NCBI GenBank assembly: GCA_964442005.1
Contig: CAYTWG010000004.1
Location: 1,694-65,693, forward strand
DNA length: 64,000 nt
DNA from: an uncultured Bacteroides sp.
GTDB lineage: Bacteria > Bacteroidota > Bacteroidia > Bacteroidales > Muribaculaceae
Reading direction: 5' to 3'
The notes below the pieces were generated by a model that was not told the DNA's origin, searched no databases, and saw only the letters and a program-made list of their open reading frames with translations. Both the position numbers and the translations under genes were made by a program. Each line of letters opens with the position of its first letter. Positions within the stretch are counted from its first letter, which is position 1. Below are positions 46,089-55,354 of this stretch, piece after piece.

Positions 46089-46958
46089 ATGGAGAAGAAA
46101 AAGCTATCAGGCATAACGATATTTACAAAGCAGATAACGTCGACCGTCAGTGTCACACTTGTGCTTCTCATCTTAGGCATCATAGCGGCACTCGCTATCG
46201 CCACCAAGTCAATCACCGACGAGATACGTGAGAAAGTAGGGTTTACCGTCATTCTCAAAGAGGATATCTCTGAAAATGAAATCGACAGGCTTACACAGAC
46301 GTTTGCGACAGCTGATTACGTAAGCGGGTGCGAATACACGTCGGCAGACGAAAATCTCGCACGCTGGGAGGAGGAAAACGGCGAGGATATCATGCAGGTT
46401 CTCGGTGTCAACCCGTTTTCCGGCGAATTTGACGTAAGGGTGACGAGCGACTACGCCTCGGTCGACAGCATCTCACTTATTACCGCCGGACTTGAAGCGC
46501 TCCCCACGGTCGACAAGGTCGAGATAAACCTCTCGATGATCGACGGCATAAACCGCAACATGAGAGTGCTGACGATTGCCCTGGTTCTGGTCGCCGTCGC
46601 ACTGCTGCTCATATCGTTTGTGCTCATCAACAACACGGTGAGACTCACCGTCTACTCGCGCCGGTTCATCATCCACACGATGAGACTCGTAGGAGCTACG
46701 CCGGGATTCATACGGCGTCCGTTTATCAAAGTCAACATTCTGCACGGAATCATAGCCGCCGTTGTCGCGTCGCTGCTGCTTGCCGCCCTGCTCGGCTACG
46801 CCCGTTCGATCGATCCCGCCGTAGGAATAGCGGTACCCTGGAGCGCGATAACATGGGTGTTTGCCGCCCTGCTCGGCGCCGGAATAGTGATCTGTTCAAT
46901 AGCGGCACTGTTTGCCACCAACAAGTATCTCTATCTCGACTACGACGACATGTTCTGA
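46089..46958 (+). CDS. ftsX: cell division protein FtsX-like permease
   Basis: 289 aa with an N-terminal TM, a periplasmic loop (FTVILKEDISENEI...) and three C-terminal TM segments. It has the conserved ftsX-DUF3098-uppP neighbourhood. Confidence 0.8.
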   Translation: MEKKKLSGITIFTKQITSTVSVTLVLLILGIIAALAIATKSITDEIREKVGFTVILKEDISENEIDRLTQTFATADYVSGCEYTSADENLARWEEENGEDIMQVLGVNPFSGEFDVRVTSDYASVDSISLITAGLEALPTVDKVEINLSMIDGINRNMRVLTIALVLVAVALLLISFVLINNTVRLTVYSRRFIIHTMRLVGATPGFIRRPFIKVNILHGIIAAVVASLLLAALLGYARSIDPAVGIAVPWSAITWVFAALLGAGIVICSIAALFATNKYLYLDYDDMF

Positions 46959-47022
46959 CACCGCACAGACTGACAAAACGTAAAATCACATCAAAGCATA
47001 ACCCCACAGATTTTTTATCCAA

Positions 47023-47340
47023 ATGGCTAAATCACTCAAACCTGAAAATACGCCGTCAAACGGTCTCATGAAAGAAAAAGAGACTCAATTCCCGTTGCTG
47101 CGTATCAATTTTATCCTCATGGCTGCATCAGCCGCACTGATTATCATAGGATTTCTGCTCATGCTCGGCGGAAGTTCGTCGGGCAACGAGTTCAACCCCG
47201 ACATATTCAGCACACGCCGCATTGTCGTAGGTCCCACAATAGCGTTCCTCGGATTCCTTGCCATGGCTTTTGCCATCATCTATCGTCCCAAAGACAAAAA
47301 CAAAGACGACCGGAGCGACAGTTCTGATAACCAAGAATAA
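47023..47340 (+). CDS. DUF3098-family membrane protein
   Basis: 105 aa with two TM segments (INFILMAASAALIIIGFLLM, VGPTIAFLGFLAMAFAII). Conserved position between ftsX and uppP. Confidence 0.7.
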   Translation: MAKSLKPENTPSNGLMKEKETQFPLLRINFILMAASAALIIIGFLLMLGGSSSGNEFNPDIFSTRRIVVGPTIAFLGFLAMAFAIIYRPKDKNKDDRSDSSDNQE

Positions 47341-47365
47341 GTAAAACCGCAAAAAAAGACTTACA

Positions 47366-48208
47366 ATGGATTGGCTACAAGCATTGATTTTAGGTATCGT
47401 ACAGGGATTGTCGGAATATCTGCCCATAAGCAGCTCGGGACATCTTGAAATATGTAAAAGCATCCTCGGTCTCGATCTTGAGGGGGGCGAATCACTGCAA
47501 TTCAGCGTGATGCTCCACGTTGCTACGGTTCTCAGCACCATCGTGGTGCTGTGGCGCGAGTTTCTGCCACTCTGCACGTCGTTTTTCACCTTCAAGCGTG
47601 ATGACAATTTCTACTACGTGTGCAAGATATTGGTTTCATGCATCCCGGTGATGATCGTAGGACTGTTCTTCAAGAGCGCCATTGAGGAAATATTTGCGAG
47701 CGGACTCACCATCGTAGGCGTGTGCCTGCTGATAACCGCACTGCTGCTTGCATTTACATTCTTCGTGCGCACCGAACCGGCTATGAAGGAACGCAGCGAG
47801 GGCATCAAACCCACCTCACATGACATCACATGGTGGGATGCCTTCATTATAGGTTGCGCCCAGGCTGTCGCCGTGCTTCCCGGTCTGAGCCGTTCAGGCT
47901 CGACCATCGCCACCGGAATCCTCCTCGGCGACCGCCGCGACAAAATCGCGCAGTTTTCATTCTTCATGGTGATAATCCCCATCCTCGGCGAAGCGCTTCT
48001 GGACACCAAGGACATGCTCACCGCCGACAATCTCTCTGCCGCTCAGTCAGCCTCAATAGGAGCGTTGCCGCTTATCGTAGGATTTCTCAGCTCATTTATC
48101 GTTGGCTGCCTCGCCTGCAAGTGGATGATCAACATGGTGAAGAAGGGCAAGCTGATATGGTTTGCAATCTACTGTGCCGCAGTAGGTATCCTGTGTCTGT
48201 GCTGGTAA
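47366..48208 (+). CDS. uppP: undecaprenyl-diphosphate phosphatase
   Basis: [27 protein letters not shown] and [10 protein letters not shown], BacA/UppP motifs. Confidence 0.9.
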   Translation: MDWLQALILGIVQGLSEYLPISSSGHLEICKSILGLDLEGGESLQFSVMLHVATVLSTIVVLWREFLPLCTSFFTFKRDDNFYYVCKILVSCIPVMIVGLFFKSAIEEIFASGLTIVGVCLLITALLLAFTFFVRTEPAMKERSEGIKPTSHDITWWDAFIIGCAQAVAVLPGLSRSGSTIATGILLGDRRDKIAQFSFFMVIIPILGEALLDTKDMLTADNLSAAQSASIGALPLIVGFLSSFIVGCLACKWMINMVKKGKLIWFAIYCAAVGILCLCW

Positions 48209-48239
48209 AAACGTAACGTACTTCACCCACTAAAGAAAA

Positions 48240-48959
48240 ATGAATATACTGGAAGGCGAAATATTTTATATCGACAAACCGCTTAAATGGACTTCGTTTG
48301 ATGTAGTCAAACGTGTGCGCGGCACTTTATCGCGGCGCATGAACGGGATGAAGCTGAAAGTAGGACACGCCGGCACGCTCGATCCTCTCGCAACAGGGGT
48401 TATGATCGTGTGCACCGGACGCGCTACCAAGCGCATCGACGAGCTGCAGGCGGGCGTTAAGGAATATATCGCCACGATAGCTCTCGGAGCGACAACCCCG
48501 TCGTTTGACCTCGAGACAGAGATTGACGCGACCTACCCCACCGACCATATCACCCGGGAGGCGGTGGAAGAGACACTGAAGCGCTTCACCGGAAGAATCG
48601 AACAGATCCCGCCGGCTTTCTCGGCTTGTAAAATCGACGGACACCGGGCTTACAAGATGGCACGCCGCGGCGAAGAAGTAAAGCTAAAGCCCAAAATTCT
48701 GGTCATTGACGAGATAGAACTTCTTGAGTATGCCCCTGATCGCATCGTTGTCAGAGTAGTGTGCAGCAAAGGAACCTATATACGCGCGCTGGCACGCGAC
48801 ATCGGAGAGGCTCTCGGTTCGGGAGGTCACCTCACGGGACTGCGACGTACCCGGGTGGGCGACGTCAGCGTCAACGACTGTCTTACGGTCGACAAGATGG
48901 TGGAGATCCTGCGCGACTGCCCTATCGAGATGCCCGACAACTCAACTGAAAATCAATAA
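48240..48959 (+). CDS. truB: tRNA pseudouridine(55) synthase
   Basis: [18 protein letters not shown] (catalytic Asp motif) and [15 protein letters not shown]. Confidence 0.9.
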   Translation: MNILEGEIFYIDKPLKWTSFDVVKRVRGTLSRRMNGMKLKVGHAGTLDPLATGVMIVCTGRATKRIDELQAGVKEYIATIALGATTPSFDLETEIDATYPTDHITREAVEETLKRFTGRIEQIPPAFSACKIDGHRAYKMARRGEEVKLKPKILVIDEIELLEYAPDRIVVRVVCSKGTYIRALARDIGEALGSGGHLTGLRRTRVGDVSVNDCLTVDKMVEILRDCPIEMPDNSTENQ

Positions 48960-48979
48960 AAACAACTTCATACAACAGA

Positions 48980-50029
48980 ATGAAACTATCACAATTCAAG
49001 TTCAAGCTACCCGAGGATCTCATAGCTCTCGAGCCCTCGGAAGAACGTGACGGGTGCCGACTCATGGTCGTCAACCGCAAAACCGGTGAAATCGAACACC
49101 GTATCTTCAAGGACATACTGAACTACTTTGACGACGGTGACATAATGGTCTTTAACGACACTATGGTATTTCCGGCTCGTCTGTACGGCAACAAGGAGAA
49201 AACCGGCGCACGCATAGAGGTATTCCTCCTGCGCGAACTCAATCCGGAACATAAACTGTGGGACGTCCTTGTCGAACCGGCACGCAAAATACGTATCGGC
49301 AACAAACTATACTTCGGTGATGACGAGTCAATGGTAGCCGAGGTGATCGACAACACTACATCAAGAGGTCGTACACTCAGGTTCCTCTACGACGGTCGCC
49401 ACGAGGAGTTCAAGGCTGCACTTTACCGCCTCGGAGAGACTCCGCTCCCCGATTACATCAAGCGCGAGCCGCGTCCCGACGATGCCGAGCACTACCAGAC
49501 AATCTATGCCCGCAACGAGGGCGCCGTAGTGGCTCCCGCTGCCGGAATACACTTCAGCCGAGAGTTGATGAAACGTCTTGAAATCAAAGGCGTAAAACAG
49601 GACTTCCTGACAATCCACAGCGGTCTCGGCAACTTCCGCGACATCGACGTCGAGGATCTCACGAAACACCGCATGGACTCTGAACAGCTTGAAGTGTCGG
49701 AACAGCTCGTTGAGAACGTCAACGCCACGAAGGATGCAGGCAAGCGGGTATGCGCTGTCGGCACATCGGTGCTCCGCGGAATAGCAAGCGCCGTCAGCAT
49801 GGGCGGACACATGAAAACCTACTCGGGATGGACCAACAAATTCATCTTCCCACCCTACGATTTTACTGTCACCGACGCTCTCGTCACCAATTTCCACATG
49901 CCCTACTCGACAATGCTCATGATGGTGACCGCGTTTGGCGGCTATGACCTTATCATGCATGCCTACGAGGTTGCGATAAAAGAGGGCTACCGATTTGGTT
50001 GCTACGGCGACGCAATGCTCATCATATAA
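48980..50029 (+). CDS. queA: S-adenosylmethionine:tRNA ribosyltransferase-isomerase (Bacteroidota-type QueA)
   Basis: 349 aa with [16 protein letters not shown]..., [44 protein letters not shown] and [12 protein letters not shown]. Confidence 0.9.
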   Translation: MKLSQFKFKLPEDLIALEPSEERDGCRLMVVNRKTGEIEHRIFKDILNYFDDGDIMVFNDTMVFPARLYGNKEKTGARIEVFLLRELNPEHKLWDVLVEPARKIRIGNKLYFGDDESMVAEVIDNTTSRGRTLRFLYDGRHEEFKAALYRLGETPLPDYIKREPRPDDAEHYQTIYARNEGAVVAPAAGIHFSRELMKRLEIKGVKQDFLTIHSGLGNFRDIDVEDLTKHRMDSEQLEVSEQLVENVNATKDAGKRVCAVGTSVLRGIASAVSMGGHMKTYSGWTNKFIFPPYDFTVTDALVTNFHMPYSTMLMMVTAFGGYDLIMHAYEVAIKEGYRFGCYGDAMLII

Positions 50030-50041
50030 TCCCGACGTAAG

Positions 50042-50560
50042 ATGATTATCGAAGAACGAACTGACCGCCACGCACGTGTCATCGACGCAGCACGTGCCAT
50101 GATGACAGCAGCCCGTACAGCTCCGAAGGCTCGCGGCGTAGACCTGATAGAGACCGCCATTATCGAAGGTGATGACATCCAACGCCTGTCGGAAGCAATG
50201 ATGGAATTGCACAACGAGACCGGTCGTCCGGTCTACCAGCGCGACTCGGCTAACATACTTAAAGCCGAATGTATCGTTATCATCGGGACTAAACTTCAAC
50301 TCATGGGACTGAACTGCGGACACTGTGGTTTCCCGACGTGCGGTGACAAACCGTCAGAAGCGCCCTGCGCCATGAATGTCACCGACGTAGGCATTGCCGT
50401 AGGGTCGGCATGCGCCACCGCCGCTGACCACCGCCTCGACTGCCGCGTGATGTTCTCGGCAGGAATGGGTGCCATGAGACTGAATCTGCTGCCCGGATGC
50501 CGTCAGGTGTTTGCAATCCCCGTAGCCGCGGCTTCAAAAAATCCGTTCTTCGACCGCTGA
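50042..50560 (+). CDS. DUF2148-family ferredoxin-domain protein
   Basis: 172 aa with a Cys cluster GLNCGHCGFPTCG...APCAMN. Starts 12 nt after queA. Confidence 0.7.
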   Translation: MIIEERTDRHARVIDAARAMMTAARTAPKARGVDLIETAIIEGDDIQRLSEAMMELHNETGRPVYQRDSANILKAECIVIIGTKLQLMGLNCGHCGFPTCGDKPSEAPCAMNVTDVGIAVGSACATAADHRLDCRVMFSAGMGAMRLNLLPGCRQVFAIPVAAASKNPFFDR

Positions 50561-50570
50561 TAACACGGCA

Positions 50571-51182
50571 TCACACCGTGGCACGGACATCGGTCACGGA
50601 AACGCCGTCGAGGTCTGACAGTCTGTCGACAAGACGTCCGGCACAGTCGGAGCGTATCGAAATAATCATCGAGCAGGAATTATCAAATTTCTGCTCGATG
50701 ATTTTTATATCGGGGTCTTTAACGCTCTTCATCACATCGTTCATGGCGAGATAGGGAAACGTGAAACTGATCTCCGTCATCTCGTGGCACTCGATGATTT
50801 CGCCGGCAGTGATGGCCTCGCGTGCCGCTTCGCGGTAAGCCACGATGAGACCAGACGTACCGAGCTTGATGCCGCCGAAGTAGCGCACGACAACAATAAC
50901 AATGTTGGTAAGATTAAACGAATTGATCTGTCCGAGAATCGGTTTACCGGCGGTACCCGACGGCTCTCCGTTGTCGTTGCTCTGAAACTCGGTGCGCGCC
51001 GCCCCTATCATGTAGGCGTAACACACGTGGCGGGCATCGAAATACTCTTTCTGATAACGCGCGATAACAGTTTTCGCCTCGGCAGCTGTCCTGACCGGCA
51101 CGGCAAAGGCAAGAAACTTGCTCATTTTCTCTTTATAGATTCCCTCGGCGGGCGATTTTAGAGTGTAGAATGTGTCAGCCAT
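50571..51182 (-). CDS. yigZ: YigZ / IMPACT-family protein
   Basis: KSKF-like (KMSKFLAF), HVCYAY, DNGEPSGTAGKPIL and VVRYFGGIKLGTSGL motifs. Confidence 0.8.
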   Translation of the reverse strand: MADTFYTLKSPAEGIYKEKMSKFLAFAVPVRTAAEAKTVIARYQKEYFDARHVCYAYMIGAARTEFQSNDNGEPSGTAGKPILGQINSFNLTNIVIVVVRYFGGIKLGTSGLIVAYREAAREAITAGEIIECHEMTEISFTFPYLAMNDVMKSVKDPDIKIIEQKFDNSCSMIISIRSDCAGRLVDRLSDLDGVSVTDVRATV

Positions 51183-51223
51183 GAACTGTAAGAAGTTAAA
51201 ACATTTATTGTTAAGTAAATTTT

Positions 51224-51274
51224 CACGGGAGCGTTGACCGTTGTGTGTGTGTGTTACCGGTCAACGCTCCCGTG
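51224..51274 (-). terminator. long hairpin after cydB
   Basis: 17-bp perfect stem CACGGGAGCGTTGACCG / CGGTCAACGCTCCCGTG with a (TG)n loop. No clear U-tract. Confidence 0.5.
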
Positions 51275-51300
51275 TGTATCAGGTCAATCGGGTTTAATCA

Positions 51301-52434
51301 TCAATAGATATGATCAGTCGATTCAAGTTCGCGGGGTGTGAGCGGAGTATTGTTCATCTTGTACCACACATAACCGATGTAGATCACGACAACAGGGATG
51401 AACGCTGACACCCATGTCATGACTTTCAGGGTAAACTCGGTCGAGGAACTGTTGTAGATCGTCAGAGAACTTGCAGGGTCGGTGACCGAGGGAAGATATG
51501 CGGTATCATTGTAACCGGCACAGCAGAAAAGAGCGAGGACGGCAAGTACGGTGCCGATGCCGCTCCACCATATTCCATTACGATAGCCGGTAGTCAGAGC
51601 TGTGCGCACGAGTCCGTAGAGCACCAGCACGACTCCGAGTGCAAACGTGGCACCTATCCACCAGAGCTGAGTCATATTGTCAATGTATTTATAAGGCACG
51701 GCGATAAAATCACCCGCATTAGTCACGCCGTAGCCGTTGGCTGTGAGTAATACGGCGACAAACGCGAGAAACAGAACCACAAACACGGCTCCGTTGATAA
51801 TCACACTGCGGCGGTAACGACGGTAGAACACATCGCCCTCACTGATACTGTTGAGGAAATAAAGTGCAGCGAGGGTGCGCGCAAGCATCAGGACAGTAAA
51901 TCCGAGAAGCAGGTTGCGCCAGTCGGCTATCGCTTCCAGTCCGTGGAGGTCGCCCCACACCGATATGACCGGAGAGCTGCTGTCGAGAAGATTACCCTTG
52001 GTTATCGTGAAGTCACCGCCAAAGAAAAGTGTTCCGACTGCTACACCGAGCAGCACACAGCCGACACAACCGTTGAAAAACAGAAATGCGTCGTAGACCT
52101 TCGTGCCGAATATATTTCCCGGTTTGCTGCGGAATTCGTAGCTGACAGCCTGAAGAATGAAACTCAGGAGAATGAGCATCCATAGCCAGTAGGCTCCGCC
52201 GAAACTTGTGGAATAAAACAGCGGGAACGAGGCGAAGAATGCACCGCCGAAGACGACAAGCGTGGTGAAAGTCAACTCCCATTTACGCCCGAGCGTGTTG
52301 ACGATTAGCGAGCGAGCCATGCTGTTGCCCGTCGAGAAGAGCATTGTCTGTCCGCCCTGAACAAAGAGCAGAAACACCAGCAACGCTCCGAGTAGTGATA
52401 TCAAAAACCACCAGTATATCTGTAATGCTTCCAT
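51301..52434 (-). CDS. cydB: cytochrome bd ubiquinol oxidase subunit II
   Basis: 377-aa polytopic membrane protein immediately downstream of cydA. The N-terminus WWFLISLLGALLVFLLFVQGGQ is typical. Confidence 0.9.
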   Translation of the reverse strand: MEALQIYWWFLISLLGALLVFLLFVQGGQTMLFSTGNSMARSLIVNTLGRKWELTFTTLVVFGGAFFASFPLFYSTSFGGAYWLWMLILLSFILQAVSYEFRSKPGNIFGTKVYDAFLFFNGCVGCVLLGVAVGTLFFGGDFTITKGNLLDSSSPVISVWGDLHGLEAIADWRNLLLGFTVLMLARTLAALYFLNSISEGDVFYRRYRRSVIINGAVFVVLFLAFVAVLLTANGYGVTNAGDFIAVPYKYIDNMTQLWWIGATFALGVVLVLYGLVRTALTTGYRNGIWWSGIGTVLAVLALFCCAGYNDTAYLPSVTDPASSLTIYNSSSTEFTLKVMTWVSAFIPVVVIYIGYVWYKMNNTPLTPRELESTDHIY

Positions 52435-52443
52435 GATGTCGGT

Positions 52444-54033
52444 TTATTTAGAGTTGTCATGATGTTGATTGTCACTGTTGAGAAGGTCTTGCTTTGAAGC
52501 CTTGTTAATCTGGCGCAGCATGATGCTGATTTCGGCGGCAAGTAGTCCGGTGAACACCACCACAAACATCCAGAACGTCACCTGTACCGAGCCTGAACTG
52601 ATTGACGAGACAGCAGCATTGGTCGGCATCAATCCTTCAATGACCCAGGGCTGACGTCCCATCTCGGCTACTACCCAACCAGCCTCGCTGCATATCCATA
52701 CGATAGGAATTGTCAGCAGTCCGGCGTACAGCACCCAGCGGTTTTCAAAAAGTTTGCGGCGCTTGTATGCCATCCAGAGTGCAGCAAGGAAGAACAACAG
52801 CAGATAGCCACCCGCCATCACCATCACTCTGAAAGCGTAGAACGTCAGAGCGACCGGCGGGACAGCATCCTCGGGACTGTCGAGATAACCGTAGCCGAAG
52901 TAGCGGAAATCGGCTTTCAGGCGCTCGGCAGCAAGTGCCATAGCTGCGGCGTCGCCTGCATCACGGGCTGCGGAATAGTCACGCAGAGCCTCATGGGCGC
53001 GTTTACCGATAGCGATGCGCTCGGCATACGACTCGGTGTGAATCGTGTCACCGTCAGCCGTAAGCTCGATACCGTCGATGAGGTCCTCGATGCCCGGTAC
53101 GAAAGCACCGGTGTCATGCTTTGCAAGGAGCGACAGACCGTTGGGAATGCCAATCTCCATGAGCATTGCCTCTTTTCCGTCATGCGGACGTTTATCGTTG
53201 TCAAGGATTCCGAATGCGACAAGATCCTGCCCCGGCTGACCGCGATAGAGACCCTCCATGGCGGCGAGCTTCATAGGCTGCACACGTGACACCTCTACGG
53301 CTGATCCGTCACCGGTCCACATCGTCAGGATTATGCCGGCAAGTCCCACCCATCCGGCTACTTTTATCGATTTGACAGCAAACTCGGTATTGCGCTTACG
53401 CAACAGCAGATAGCAGCTGACGCCGACAACAAAAACAGCACCGAGAACCCATCCGCTCAACACCGTGTGGAAGAACTTGTTGACAGCGACAGGCGAGAGC
53501 GCCACATCCGTGAAACTTACCATCACATTACGCATCTGAGCGGGGTCAAATTCCATACCGGCAGGATACTGCATCCATGCGTTGGCGACCAGAATCCATA
53601 GAGCCGACAGCACTACACCGAACGCCGTCAGCCACGTAGCTGCAAGATGAAATCCGGCGCTGACCTTTTTCCAGCCGAAGAACATTACGGCAATAAACGT
53701 CGACTCCATGAAGAAGGCAAATATTCCCTCGATGGCAAGCGGAGCGCCGAAAATATCGCCGACAAACCAGCTGTAATTACTCCAGTTAGTACCGAATTCA
53801 AATTCAAGGATTATTCCTGTTGCCACTCCGCACGCAAAGTTGATACCAAACATCAACATCCAGAACTTGGTGATACGCAGCCAACGCTCGTCGCGGGTCT
53901 TATACCAGATACTCTCCATGATGCCGAGAATCAGCGAGAGACCTATTGTCAGAGGCACAAACAGCCAGTGGACAATCGCCGTAAGGGCAAACTGCCCGCG
54001 GGACCAATCGACCACACTCATTAAATCATCCAT
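52444..54033 (-). CDS. cydA: cytochrome bd ubiquinol oxidase subunit I
   Basis: WSRGQFALTAIVHWLFVPLTIGL, a Q-loop region, and GRQPWVI near the C-terminus. Confidence 0.9.
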   Translation of the reverse strand: MDDLMSVVDWSRGQFALTAIVHWLFVPLTIGLSLILGIMESIWYKTRDERWLRITKFWMLMFGINFACGVATGIILEFEFGTNWSNYSWFVGDIFGAPLAIEGIFAFFMESTFIAVMFFGWKKVSAGFHLAATWLTAFGVVLSALWILVANAWMQYPAGMEFDPAQMRNVMVSFTDVALSPVAVNKFFHTVLSGWVLGAVFVVGVSCYLLLRKRNTEFAVKSIKVAGWVGLAGIILTMWTGDGSAVEVSRVQPMKLAAMEGLYRGQPGQDLVAFGILDNDKRPHDGKEAMLMEIGIPNGLSLLAKHDTGAFVPGIEDLIDGIELTADGDTIHTESYAERIAIGKRAHEALRDYSAARDAGDAAAMALAAERLKADFRYFGYGYLDSPEDAVPPVALTFYAFRVMVMAGGYLLLFFLAALWMAYKRRKLFENRWVLYAGLLTIPIVWICSEAGWVVAEMGRQPWVIEGLMPTNAAVSSISSGSVQVTFWMFVVVFTGLLAAEISIMLRQINKASKQDLLNSDNQHHDNSK

Positions 54034-54084
54034 AAGCTTTGTAGGTTTAAATTAATATTAGTTTTCAAGGTATTTTGCAGGTCA

Positions 54085-54321
54085 TCATCGGTTGAGCAAC
54101 TCGTTCCTGACAGCATTAGCCCTGCTCTCGTCATCATCGTAACGTGTAGCAAGCTCATCATGAAAAAAGAACAGCTTGAACACAAGAAACAATATCGCAA
54201 GCTTAATAATGATTATTGCCCACAACTGCTTGCCGACAGTCATCTGGCGGAACCCGTCGACATAGAAATCGACCACGCGCCTCAACAGCGACCTGCGCTC
54301 ATTATGCTGCACCTCTTTCAT
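54085..54321 (-). CDS. DUF4492-family small membrane protein
   Basis: 78 aa with one TM, directly upstream of cydA as in other Bacteroidales (recalled). Confidence 0.65.
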   Translation of the reverse strand: MKEVQHNERRSLLRRVVDFYVDGFRQMTVGKQLWAIIIIKLAILFLVFKLFFFHDELATRYDDDESRANAVRNELLNR

Positions 54322-54507
54322 GTCGGCAAAAATAGGAATTTATAGCGGAAAAACAAAAAGATTTTCAACTTACCTGCGCAACTTACCCATTGGGGGATGA
54401 TAAACGATTACGATAATAACCGATAAAAAGCACAATAGACCCCCACCGCAATTTCTCCGCCGGCACGTACGCGATGCCGTGGACATTGATGTGCAATTTT
54501 TTCGCCG

Positions 54508-54596
54508 GTAGGGACGCGATGCATCGCGTTATCAATCAATATGTTACATATAGTGGATTGCCGGGCGGCGGTTAACGCGATGCATCGCGTCCCTAC
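54508..54596. repeat. REP/MITE-like element, copy f (inverted orientation)
   Basis: GTAGGGACGCGATGCATCGCGTTATCAATC ... GGCGGCGGTTAACGCGATGCATCGCGTCCCTAC. Confidence 0.85.
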
Positions 54597-54696
54597 TGTC
54601 CGGTATGATAATTCTATTGGAGGGAATAAACGATTACGCGCCGCGGGGTCCATTGCTCCGCGGCGCGTTTCTGTGAGTTGTTGATTCGTCCTGTCG

Positions 54697-55335
54697 TTAT
54701 CTTACAGCGGTTTTGATGACGGTTGCGCCCTGACGCACTATGTAAACGCCGTTGGTGAGACCGTCGATGCTGTTGCCTGACGGTCTGCCGTTGAGATCAT
54801 AGACCTCGTAAGGCGCCGTGCGGTCGATACTGACGTCATTGCGGTCGGCTGTCACCTCCTCCACCCCGGAGGGATAGAGCGCCTTAACCTCGGTCGTCGA
54901 GTCGGGAAATGCGACCTCGATGTTGTCTGTCGTCGAGAAAATCGCGTTGGTGATGCTGATCGTCCCGCTGATGAAGCTGTCCGTGACACTGACTTTCAGC
55001 GTCAGCAGTGTCCCCGAGCCGGCAAATGTCTCCTGTGCCGTCGAGAAGCATACCACTCTCAGCCTGTTGCCATCCACGCGGGTCAGGAGCTGATGAGTCT
55101 CCGATGCCGGGGTCTCAAGCTCCGCGCCGGGTGTTGCGAACGACATCTCATCCGACACCGTTATATCAGCCTGAAAACCTGTGAACTCGCCGTCGACCGT
55201 GAGCATGACGGGTATCTCCACCTCGGTGCTCCCGATAGTGAGCGGGGCAATCCCAAGCATATTTTCAGCGCTCACGACCGCAGGGGCGGTAAGGAGACAC
55301 AGCGCAACGGCGAGTCGTGATATTATTTTGCTCAT
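54697..55335 (-). CDS. secreted cohesin-like module protein with T9SS C-terminal sorting domain
   Basis: Signal peptide. The cohesin-like pattern (VEIPVMLTVDGEFTGFQADITVSD...GTLLTLKVSV..GTISITNAIF) is paralogous to the N-terminus of the next gene. CTD: YEVYDLNGRP...NGVYIVRQGATVIKTAVR. Confidence 0.65.
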   Translation of the reverse strand: MSKIISRLAVALCLLTAPAVVSAENMLGIAPLTIGSTEVEIPVMLTVDGEFTGFQADITVSDEMSFATPGAELETPASETHQLLTRVDGNRLRVVCFSTAQETFAGSGTLLTLKVSVTDSFISGTISITNAIFSTTDNIEVAFPDSTTEVKALYPSGVEEVTADRNDVSIDRTAPYEVYDLNGRPSGNSIDGLTNGVYIVRQGATVIKTAVR

Positions 55336-55354
55336 AATAACTGAGTTTCAGGGA

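Noticed and set aside
45788-46258. 70-aa (+) and 122-aa (-) ORFs between the lipoprotein pair and ftsX
   Set aside because: They span the REP palindrome, the ftsX promoter and the ftsX 5' end. The 'VGTRCIASL' peptide is simply the translated palindrome, which recurs in other spurious ORFs.
49361-50323. 320-aa minus-strand ORF
   Set aside because: It is antisense to queA and the DUF2148 gene, both of which have clear family motifs. It has no recognisable features and a His/Val/Cys-rich composition typical of antisense frames in GC-rich genes.
54327-54334. TATTTTTG -7 box for the DUF4492-cydAB operon
   Set aside because: The box ends only 5 nt before the annotated ATG (54321). This would imply a leaderless transcript or a different start codon, so it is too uncertain to list as a feature.
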